A stretch of 64,000 bases of DNA from positions 36,022,001-36,086,000 of the forward strand of contig OZ024740.1 in NCBI GenBank assembly GCA_964016885.1, written 5' to 3'. The position numbers were made by a program, and so were the translations under genes. The stretch comes from Eledone cirrhosa (lineage: Eukaryota). A model generated the notes under the pieces. It was not told the DNA's origin. It saw only the letters and a list, made by a program, of their open reading frames with translations, and did not search any database. This document shows, in pieces, positions 53,478-64,000 of the stretch (positions are counted from its first letter, which is position 1; every line of letters begins with the position of its first letter).

Positions 53478-54259
53478 ATTTTCTCTGGCAAACTACACAG
53501 TCGAGATAAAAGATATATCTTTTTCTAATAAAAGGTTCTCAACGTTTCAAAAACATTTCGGGTTAAAGCACTTTATTTTTTCTCTGAATGTCAAAGTATA
53601 GGAAATCACTTAATTTATGTGGTTACTGGGAATTTATGGAAAACTTTGTTTTTATGTAGTATATCTGAGAAGGTAATTAACTCCTTGGGACTCTGTCTTT
53701 TTCAACGAAGCCAAACATTCATCAATTTCATAATGCAACTGCTGCTTACAGTGGCTACCTGTTACTATTCGTTTATTATTTTCCTTGTTCCAGTTCATTG
53801 AACTATGCTGGAGCACCACCTGGCAATGGATTATTATAACCGACTTCAGCGTGACCACATTTCAAAAACTACTTTTGTTCAACGTTCTATTGTTAAGTCT
53901 GCTTTTCCGTGAAGAAACACACGTACCACCACTGCTGTTGCTACTTTATGACTATAAAGTACTATTTGGATGGCCGTTGACTCTGCTGAGTTCCTCCGCC
54001 CTGTGCCGGGTCTTGTATTTCATCCTGCAGGGTGTCCAAATATCAACCTCCTCACCAAGCAAGCTTGGTGGGGTTGCCGGTTTAGTTGCCGACGACCCGA
54101 ACATGAGACAGGTTGTACTGAGTTACATGTTACCAGTAGCACTCGAGAGCGACCTTACATAATATATATATATATATATATAACAAAGGAAGTGTGGTAA
54201 GGAACCAGGTGGACCATAACGCACCAGAGTAGTCGATACTTTGGGTAGTAGAGTGGGTA

Positions 54260-54383
54260 ATAGGAAAATAAACAGAACCCCGACGGCAGAGCTCAAGCCG
54301 TTTCGACAGCTATTTCTGGACGTCCAGAAATAGCTGTCGAAACGGCTTGAGCTCTGCCGTCGGGGATCTGTTTCTTTTCCTAT
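54260..54383. repeat. 124-bp spacerless palindrome inside an insert between (TA)n tracts
   Basis: Centre GGAC|GTCC at 54321/54322; two mismatches, both in the outer part. Confidence 0.95.
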
Positions 54384-54409
54384 ATATATATATATATATA
54401 TATATATAA

Positions 54410-54495
54410 CGGCGATGAATTAGTTTTGCGAGGTTTTTTATATGAATCGTTATTAATTCTGGCAATATTACACAAATATGACCCTTCCCAAGTAT

Positions 54496-54502
<7 letters not shown>
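54410..54502. mobile_element. Miniature inverted remnant of the 13255-20016 PLE family
   Basis: 54419-54450 matches 13255-13287; 54449-54502 matches 19962-20015 with a few substitutions; TA tracts on both sides. Confidence 0.85.
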
Positions 54503-54558
<56 letters not shown>

Positions 54559-55068
54559 TTCTGGTATATAAAATTATTACCATAGAACCACCTTGAATCA
54601 TAGACAACCTATGTATTTCTGGGGGTACATTGTACCCTCAGATATATTAACTTTATTCATGATTCTCCGTTATGTAGAGAAAAAATTCTGTCGTTCTATC
54701 TAGCTGCTAATTTTTTTTGGTGGCGAATATAGACAACAAGTCTACGATTTCCCGCCTTCACTTTACACCAACGTATTTATGGATCACTTTCACGACCTTT
54801 CAGACCTGTATTAGTAGGAGTGAGGTCATATATTTTATCGTTCCTGAGGTTTTTAACCCTAGGAAAGGAAAATGCTTCTCTGTAGATCTTTGTTTTTCCA
54901 TTAATATCCATGTGATATCTAATGTTTTGCAAAGTGAAACTGTACAGTAAGGGCCACTTAAATAGGTAAGTATTTATATTATATTTTTTAATTTTGATTA
55001 ATTTTAATTGTAAATTAATTTTGATTTATTTTGAAAAATTGATTGAATTTTACTTGTTCTGCTTATCT

Positions 55069-55134
<66 letters not shown>

Positions 55135-55143
55135 ATATATATG

Positions 55144-57687
55144 GAGTAACATGTTATCGTTATAGGTAATCCAGTTAGAGGTTGTGAGTACTCTGCGTCG
55201 GGATAGTTTTAACGTACGGCTTTGTTTAACTCAACAAGATCTTTCCATAGTTAGGCAGCGAGTTCGCCCTAATTCCAATGTAGGTTATACTTGAAGTAAT
55301 AATAGTGAAAGAATGAAGAGTAACATGGTTGGCTGTACAACAAGAGGCTTTATTTCAGGTATTAACAATTGTTTCATTGATCAGGTGAGTCTAGAGGCCG
55401 CTAATCGCTCGAAGTTGCGTCACTCGATCTTCATTACATTATTTACCTCTGATCAAATCCTCAAAACACAAAAATAATTCATACAAGGCAAGATATATCT
55501 AGAAAAGTAGCGTATAATCAAAACAATAACATCAATAATAAAATATATATGATAAATAGGTAGAGAAGTTACAGATGTAACAAGTAAAGGTAAGAAAAAA
55601 GATACAGTAAAAAAGTAAGAAAATGGAAAAATAATAGAAATATAAAGAAATAGGGATAAGTGAGAGCATATAAGTACAGAATATGATAGTGGTGGTGGTG
55701 AGTAAGTGTCCGGATAATGATTATGTGGTGGGTTTAGTGTTAACATGAAAAGTCATATTCGAAACATACATAGATATGTGTAGAGAGTCTGAGGTAGTGA
55801 CAGATAAAAGAAAAAGCAATAAATTAGACCAGCTAATCCTATATTCCTGGTTTGTGTTTTTAAGCTGCCAGATTTTATTGGCGAGCGTCGTAGAGTTATC
55901 CAGGCTACGGTTCTTCATGGAGTGTCTGTGGACGTACCACCTTTTTTTTAACTCTCCAGCCGTGGAACCTATGTAGTGCCAAGTAAAGTTGCCAGAATTT
56001 ACAGTTCACGGGTACACCATACTCTAATCAAGGCATCTATTTTGCAGTGGGCACTTACCTGGTAGGAGGCAGTTACAGTTGGAGGCTTTTCGGTGTGCAG
56101 GTTCTCCGTTGCGGTTTTGTATGTTGTTGTGGGTGGGTTGATGTTTAGGCCTATTAGTGTTTTGTTGTGATGCACCCTGGTGTGTTTGTGGTTGCGATGT
56201 TGTTATGTGTTTGCGTTTTGTATTTGGTGCTACGGTGTATGTTGGTAGGTTATTTTCTTTAGAGATACTTTTGTGGTTGATTTTATGTATGTGGGATTCT
56301 ATGTTGGCTGCAGTAGAGTAAGATAGTTTGATAGGTCTTCTATTAAAGATTCTATGGTATTTGTGTAGTTTAGGGAAGTGTTTGTCGATTAGCTTAAAGA
56401 ATGTAGAAGGTAGTTTGGTTTTTATAGAGGAGTTGGATATTGGATTGAACCATAAGTATTTTCTATCTCTGGATCTTCTATAGTTCTTAGGAGTCCTTTT
56501 ATTAGTGTTCGGTTCAGTTATTTTTGATGCCCGTTGTCTAATTCTATGCTTAGTCCTATGTTTGTTATTTCTATAGGTTTGGGTAGTGTAGTTGTCATTA
56601 GGTTTGTTGCTGCTTTCTCTATCTGGTATGTATTCGAGCCCCTCTTTATGTCCTGCCTTATGTAAAGCTATGTTATAATAGTTTGCGTGTCGTTAAAAAT
56701 CTCTAGGTTAGAAGATAGGCGGGATATTCTGAGGGATATACTATGTGCTATGAAGTTAATTATGGATCGGGGGTGGTTTGAGATATAACTAATTTAGGCT
56801 AGATTCTCATTATTTTTATGGAAGGGCTCTATTAATCCTGTGTTTAGGTTGAGTGTTACATCTAAGAAGTTTGCTTTTTTAGAGTTAAGTTCGAAAGTGA
56901 TACCTAGGCCTAGTTTGTTGAAGAAGACTCTGATGTTTTTTCGTAATTTTTCCATGTTTTGATTATTTAAGTTTTTAGCTAAAAGGAGTGACGTCTCTAT
57001 AAATTCCTCCCTGGAGGTTATTGAATTCCTTATGTAAGTTGTGCGCTATATATATTCCCACCAAGTCCGTTACTTGCGCGGAGTCGTTAGATCCCATTGT
57101 GATATCGAAACTATTCTGTCTGTTTTTTCGTTCCCAGTAACTATTTTCGAATCTAATGATAGTTCTCCTAGCTGCTAGTATTATTTTAATTTCGTCCGAG
57201 GTAAGGTCCGAATTTTTCTGGGCAAAGGTTAGCGCTTTATCTAGGGTGACTGGGGATATGGATGAGTAGTAGTCATTAATGTCGAACTGTATGAAGTTGG
57301 ATGTTTCTCTACTGTCTATTTTGCTGAACCACTCTATTGCTTCGTTAGTGTTACCCCATAGCTTAATTACTAGTTTGTCCTTGATTTGTGCGATTGCTCT
57401 ATCTAGTATATAATTGCTAATTCTACCTATATCCGACTTCGATGGGCATATTGCAGGGTCTATTTCGAAATTATTTTTGTGATCCTTTAGGTTAAATGTG
57501 GGGTTACAAGGGGTTAGAGGCTCGGTGCTATCTGCTATTTTCAGTATGTTTACTATGCTAAGTCCTTCCTTATTAATGCTAGTGAGTGCAGATTCTGTTG
57601 GGTTTGTTTGTTTGTTTGTATTTTTTGTGCAGTTCACGGCGTATAAAGTTAATGTATGTATTAAGGCTCATGGTGTATACGTTGACG

Positions 57688-57690
<3 letters not shown>
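55144..57690 (-). mobile_element. Degraded Penelope-like element, Hydra-clade-like (RT + GIY-YIG), between (TA)n tracts
   Basis: ORF 56975-57637: IQFDINDYYSSI, FDITMGSNDSAQVTDLVGIY, GGIYRD. Downstream broken frames read WFNP...FFKLIDKHFP..HKYHRIFN...KLSYS (~56325-56460) and HYIGST (~55960-55980). Confidence 0.8.
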
Positions 57691-57718
<28 letters not shown>

Positions 57719-57807
57719 CTGTAGTCACTATCTTTTTAATAAACGAATAATTTTAGTCAATCAGTAAAACTAGTCAAATACGTCTTCATTTGTTGCCAAT
57801 GTAATAT

Positions 57808-58007
57808 ATGTTATTGGTCATATTTGGAAATTACTGAATTGTGATGCCAGACTAAATGTAGCCAAACAATTTTATAAAAGTAGTGAAAGAAAAATATAAT
57901 TTCAATGCATTAAAGAGAATTTTTATGAAGTTTATAAACGGTGATGATTGACAATTGCAAAAATCTTAATTATGATGTTTCTGTTCATCAAAAAAATATG
58001 CAGCTTG

Positions 58008-58068
<61 letters not shown>

Positions 58069-58385
58069 GTGTGTGTGTATGATCACTCCTTTTGTTATAA
58101 TTACTGATATTTAATAAGCTATGCAGCCAGAAACCTCAGAAAGTTGTCATGAGATGACACTTAAAGTACTGAAAACCGATTCTAACAAGCTGCATATTTT
58201 CTTGATGAACAGAAACATCATAATTAGGATTTTTGCAATTGTCAATCATCACCGTTTATAAACTTCATAAAAATTCTCTTTAATGCATTGAAATTATATT
58301 TTTCTTTCACTACTTTTATAAAATTGTTTGGCTACATTTAGTCTGCCATCACAATTCAGTAATTTCCAAATATGACCAATAACAT
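57808..58385. repeat. Inverted duplication with 203-bp arms (57808-58010 / 58183-58385)
   Basis: Arms are reverse complements with a few substitutions; the spacer begins with a (TA)n tract. Confidence 0.9.
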
Positions 58386-58415
58386 TTAAAAGGAATAATT
58401 TATAGCTACATATAT

Positions 58416-58507
<92 letters not shown>

Positions 58508-58663
58508 TTGATACAGATATAGAGATATGTATGTATATATATACATATATATATATGTGTGTGTGTGTATACATATGTATATATATACATATACATACAT
58601 ATACATGTATATATATATATATATAGAAATTACATGAATCAAAGTTCAGTTTAAATCATTTAT

Positions 58664-58712
58664 TTGCTTACAATTGTTTCCTCCAAACCGAGGTTTGGAT
58701 TCTTCGGAGCAA
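58664..58712 (-). ncRNA. Hammerhead-like motif with core change CCGAAGA (U4C)
   Basis: Reverse complement of 62208-62256. Confidence 0.65.
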
Positions 58713-58878
58713 CTATTTAGTGATTTTTACATACTTGATCTCCTTCTCAACACAAGAGACATATAAAAACATATGTATATATTGACCCACAGTGGGTTGA
58801 CATCCATCATAATAATATAATAATATGGCAATTTACATACATTCATATTAAAGGACAAAATTAAAGTTAAAATAAAAA

Positions 58879-58923
<45 letters not shown>

Positions 58924-60219
58924 AACTAAAACTAAAACATTGGCAGTTTATGAAGATAAAGCAAGAGGAAAGTTTAGAGTAGTCAGTGTACGAAACAGTC
59001 TCACGTGTGGCATGCACGCGTGTCTTATTTATACAGTATTATAGTGCGGCAGATTGATACATGTAAAACAAGCAGTTAAAGCAGGCAATCAATAGCATCA
59101 TGGAGTCTGTATTGTTGAAGCATTTTTCACACACACCTGTACGATATATACGTGTAAGCCCGTTTGTAGAGAAACACCAAAAATATAACAAATGTAACAA
59201 ATGAGAAGCAAAACAGCACCACTGTCCTCGCACCCACCACCACTCACACAATCCAGGAAACGCAATTTATATACTACATGTCAATTATACAATCCATGAT
59301 TATTCGACATTGGGTGTCCGGTGAACCATGATATACTTCGATTCATAGATCAGGCTGTTTTTGTTGTGAGAGATGACATTGTATTATATTCCGGAAGTGT
59401 GTGTGTGATTAAGGGGAGTTAATGCGTAAGGCGAGGTAACTAGCTGATTTTCATAGTTAAATTTATTATCCTAAAGTGCATTAACGGTGTTTGAGATGAG
59501 TCCATATTATATAAATTTAGAAGTTGTTTATAAACAACTTCTAAATTTAAGTATCTTATCTATAAATTACAGTGTAGTCTATCAAGAAGTACTAAAGGTG
59601 TTCATATCAGGATGATTACCTTCTATCATGGAGTGCCACAACCGAACATTCTACAAGAAGAGTCAGACCTCCAAATCAATGATCTTTGTAATTGTAGTCC
59701 ACCCGCAGAACCTGGCAGGGTCTTATTACTATATATGACTCCCGGTAAGCTCCGGGTCATTGTATGTCTGAATGCATGGCAAAGTTAAATATCACCAGGG
59801 TGGTCCAGAGGTCAATTCTCTCATACAAAGACACTAATCTGGCCATCAAGCCACACCTATACTCAAAACTCATATATCGTCTGTACATAAATCATTGTAT
59901 TCAGCATATAGGACATATTAATGAATTAATTACTTAATCATCTATCTATCCTATGGTGGCACTCCATGCACAGGATAATGTTAGCACAACCAATTCAGTG
60001 CCTACAGTTTACATTAATTATATATTAGTGCAATGTAGTCCAAATAATTCAAGGCCAATATACCAAAAGTAGAAGTACATGGGGATATCTCCAGGGTAAA
60101 AGGTACTATGAGGGTGTCACTATTTGCGCTAAAGTGGATTAATGGGTGTTGAGATGAGGTGTAAGGTATGCCCCTGATGCTAGTTGCTAGATGTGGTGAC
60201 GGGTTCAAGTCTGACATTG

Positions 60220-61206
60220 CTATATATTGGGTTTAAAGTTTTGGAAAGAGTGTTGGAAGCGGTGTTGGCAAGACGCGAACACTTCTGATATTTTATTAAG
60301 GAGGTTATGGTTAGAGAAGATGATAGTATGGGTCTCTAGTAGACAGAGGTTACAAAATGTATTAGGTGGTTTGTACGATGTCGCATTACCTATCACTTCC
60401 CATTTAAGTGTATATGGTTTATTTTTAGTTTTTAGATAGTGTATGTAGCTAGATAGTGAAGTGGAGTTGGCCAGACTGTGTTTTTTGAAAGAGTGGAGGT
60501 GCGAATTGTATCTAGTTTTGAAGCAGTTAGAAGTAGAGCCTATATAGGTTTCAGAAGAGTTGATAGTTGTGACTGTGCATGAGTATATGATATCCTTGAT
60601 TAAGCAATTTTTATTTAAAGGGCAGGTTCTATTTGATCTACAGTTACAATTATTCTGGGTGTTAGTCTGCCGGTTATTATGTTGTGTAGAAGTCTGGATG
60701 GTAGCTATAGGGTTATGGTTATGTTGGTTGTCGTTCCCAGCGTTATTGTTTACACTAGTGCTATTACTATTATTTCTATTGATATTAGGGTTAGTTGCTA
60801 TAATGTTATTTTGAAGGTTTATCGACTGTTGTGATTTAGTTTGTTGGAAGTAAGAATTAATTTTTCTTTTATTGCTACTAGCTATGTGGTATGCTATGTT
60901 AGGCGTAGTAGAATAGGAGATTTTAATAGTGTTTTTGTTTAAAAGGCTATGGTACTTGTGGCCGGAAGGGAAGTTTTTATCTAGTAGTGAGAAGAAAGCC
61001 CTAGGTAGGTTGGTAGAGACGTTTAGATTGAAAGGAGGGTTGAAAAATGTATTATTTCTTCTTCTATTTTTGTTTATTATGTCTGGTGAGTTGTTTCCTT
61101 TTATGGTACTATGGTAATTTCTGTGGTGTGGGTTACTTTTGTTGGTATCATCCCTATTAGTGTGTGTGTGGTTGTTATTCCTATTACTAAATTTTCCCAT
61201 GGACAT
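60220..61206 (-). pseudogene. PLE C-terminal fragment (thumb region, Asn-rich linker, GIY-YIG endonuclease); RT core absent
   Basis: FFNPPFNLNVSTN, LLDKNFP..HKYH, KISYS, CNCR...CPL...CL, IIYSCTV...YIGST..FKTRY..H, CNLCLLE. Confidence 0.8.
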
Positions 61207-62010
61207 GTTGTGCGAAATAATGTTGTAGCTATGCGTTTTTGTAGGTAGGAACTCGATCTCTATATTATGGCCTGATCTAGCTAATGCCTGATTATAATAT
61301 TGCGAGTTTTTGTTAAATATGTTTACATCATCCTGATATGAACACCTTTAGTACTTCTTGATAGACTACACTGTAATTTATAGATAAGATACTTAAATTT
61401 AGAAGTTGTTTATAACCTTATATAATAGGGACTCATCTCAAACACCATTAATGCACTTTAGGATAATAAATTTAACTATGAAAATCAGCTAGTTACCTCG
61501 CCTTACGCATTAACTCCCCTTAATCACACACACACTTCCGGAATATAATACAATGTCATCTCTCACAACAAAAACAGCCTGATCTATGAATCGAAGTATA
61601 TCATGGTTCACCGGACACCCAATGTCGAATAATCATGGATTGTATAATTGACATGTAGTATATAAATTGCGTTTCCTGGATTGTGTGAGTGGTGGTGGGT
61701 GCGAGGACAGTGGTGCTGTTTTTCTTCTCATTTGTTACATTTGTTATATTTTTGGTGTTTCTCTACAAACGGGCTTACACGTATATATCGTACAGGTGTG
61801 TGTGAAAAATGCTTCAACAATACAGACTCCATGATGCTATTGATTGCCTGCTTTAACTGCTTGTTTTACATGTATCAATCTGCCGCACTATAATACTGTA
61901 TAAATAAGACACGCGTGCATGCCACACGTGAGACTGTTTCGTACACTGACTACTCTAAACTTTCCTCTTGCTTTATCTTCATAAACTGCCAATGTTTTAG
62001 TTTTAGTTTT

Positions 62011-62041
<31 letters not shown>

Positions 62042-62207
62042 TTTTTATTTTAACTTTAATTTTGTCCTTTAATATGAATGTATGTAAATTGCCATATTAT
62101 TATATTATTATGATGGATGTCAACCCACTGTGGGTCAATATATACATATGTTTTTATATGTCTCTTGTGTTGAGAAGGAGATCAAGTATGTAAAAATCAC
62201 TAAATAG

Positions 62208-62256
62208 TTGCTCCGAAGAATCCAAACCTCGGTTTGGAGGAAACAATTGTAAGCAA
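62208..62256 (+). ncRNA. Hammerhead-like motif with core change CCGAAGA (U4C)
   Basis: TTGCT-CCGAAGA-A-TCCAAACC-tc-GGTTTGGA-G-GAAA-CAATTG-TA-AGCAA: stem I 5 bp, long stem II, palindromic stem III. Confidence 0.65.
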
Positions 62257-62460
62257 ATAAATGATTTAAACTGAACTTTGATTCATGTAATTTCTATATA
62301 ACTGCTCTGTAAAACAACTGATGTTATTACATTAAGCTATTTATCTTACTGGTAATAAGATAGTAATGAATTACTGTCTTTCACTATTTAGGGTTTAAAA
62401 TAAAATATATATGACTATATAAGGTTTTATTATATATATAACCATAAATAGTATCCTTAA

Positions 62461-62568
<108 letters not shown>

Positions 62569-62670
62569 GTGACTGTGAGTGTATGTGTGTGTTGGAGTAT
62601 ATGGTAGATATCTCCTGCGAGTTTAATACCATTAGTTTTAAATATTCCATAATTAAAAGCAACTGATATT

Positions 62671-62855
62671 GATTGGCAGCATCGGTAGAGGGTCGGACGC
62701 CATGCTTTGACGCATAGAGTTACGGCCCTTGCCATTCTAAGTTCAAATCCCGCCAATGTTAACTTTGCCTTTCATCCTTACGGAGTCGATAAAATAAAGT
62801 ACCAGTAATACACTGGGTAATTGCTGGCCTTGTGCCAAAAGTAGAAACAATTATT
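62671..62855 (+). mobile_element. SINE, same family
   Basis: TGGCAGCATCGG A-box-like, GTTCAAATCC B box, conserved core and tail. Confidence 0.85.
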
Positions 62856-63539
62856 AATAAAGTTTCTTCAAACTCGAGACCAAAATAGAAATCAGAAATA
62901 TCAAAATATAAAAAGGGTGGAGAATTTTAATGAAAAAAATTGTTAGAGAAAATCAGAAACACAATTTTATTGAAATTTGTCAAAATTCGTTTTGAATTCA
63001 ACAAAATATAATTTTAAATCCTCAATTTATAACTTTTTAAGACTAAGAAATTGTTTCATTTGAAAAATGTCAAAGAATTATATGGAAATTTTTTATGGGG
63101 CTAAAATCATTCTTCTATTTTGTTTTAATTAACACATTTTATTTCTTTTCGTTGAAATTGTGGATCGTTTCATAATATCTTTCTCAATGAATATCTTTCT
63201 AATATTGTTATGAATAGTCAATCAGACAAATATTTGCATCAATTTTACAAATAAACAAATTCTGGAGGTTATATTTTAGTTATTTAAGTTTCATTGTCAA
63301 ACAGACATCAACTTACATTCATCACAGCTAAAACATTTGACACCAGCCGTTTTAAATCTGCTGGTATGGTTTTATAGTAGAATCTGCAGGAATTTTAATG
63401 ATGATCCCTCGATTTATAAGTCTCTATGCATTTATGAACGAAATTAATTCTTAAATGGAATATGGCATCTCATCACCTTTTAATATTTAAAACTAATTGA
63501 AAGAAACATGCTTAAATCCATAACCTACAAATACATCAC

Positions 63540-63910
63540 TGCCAAGAGCACGACCGCGAACCTGCCGGAGAATGATCGGTATTTGGAGAGTTTGGCCTCC
63601 TCAGTCCGACGTGCAGCAGAACCTGGGTTAGTCACAGACTGCACCAGGTTGCGGCTGGAGAAAGTGTCGTTGCAAGTGACATCCCAGACAAGGGGTTTGC
63701 CACCGCGGAACGGGAAGATGGTCATACCGTCTGGCCTTTTGCCATCCCCTCGGTCCAGCCCCACCGGCTCGAACTGGTAGGGGAAGCCTGCAACGTCCAA
63801 GCCATGCTTAATGACCTCGTTGAAGGCAGCATGGCGTGGAAGGCGGCCGGCACTGTGGCGACAGGAAAGCGGATGGAGTCCGAAAGAGTCCACGGTGGAT
63901 CCACAGCGAC
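63540..63910 (-). mobile_element. CRE-like non-LTR retrotransposon fragment: zinc-knuckle region and restriction-like endonuclease
   Basis: HPLSC...GR..RH...N..I, EPVGLDRGDGKRPDG, GKPLVWDVTC.DT, E.AKLSKY (PD..D..K RLE signature). Confidence 0.8.
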
Positions 63911-64000
63911 ATTTATGTGGCTCGCACTAAAATGTTTAAGTTCATTATTCACACAATTAAATACCAAGAAATATTTTTTGAAAGAAAAGGAAAATGAGAA

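Larger units (their letters stand above)
58621..62299. mobile_element. Hydra-clade-like PLE 3' fragment (minus, 61326 to 58621) plus inverted copy of its last ~1 kb (plus, 61327-62299)
   Basis: 58621-59616 is the reverse complement of 61327-62299 (mirrored ORFs in the track); hammerhead-like motif near each outer end. Confidence 0.85.

Noticed and set aside
53650-54160. Possible degraded RTE-like 5' region or AP endonuclease on minus
   Set aside because: No intact diagnostic motif.
50340-54975. Splice-like signals (TTTTTCTTTGCAG ~50361; AG|GTAAGT ~54965)
   Set aside because: No coherent exon or recognisable protein; such words arise by chance in AT-rich DNA.

Overview
Repeat-saturated, AT-rich animal (probably invertebrate; the SINE resembles octopod SINEs) genomic DNA with no supportable host gene. 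The first 29 kb holds four retro-like insertions separated by long C-interrupted (TA)n tracts: (1) a near-identical 615-bp tandem array running into an assembly gap; (2) a 6.8-kb head-to-head inverted Penelope-like element (PLE; open RT + C-terminal GIY-YIG frames, hammerhead-like motif in each 3' end); (3) a head-to-head inverted array of a 310-bp unit, each complete unit carrying a minimal type I hammerhead ribozyme (retrozyme-like, 14 copies); (4) a 5'-truncated CR1/L2-group LINE. Next come a 22-bp minisatellite, a 17.6-kb 30-bp satellite with 2.4-2.6 kb higher-order repeats, and older debris: five tRNA-derived SINEs, two CRE-like fragments, two Hydra-type PLEs with degenerate hammerheads, and several palindromes. 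The main observation is that the ribozyme array and the PLE share the same insertion signature (arms diverging from a central junction, 3' ends in TA repeats with AT microhomology). This suggests a small circular RNA copied by rolling-circle reverse transcription using PLE machinery, which is inference. Most ORFs in the track are microsatellite or satellite artefacts.
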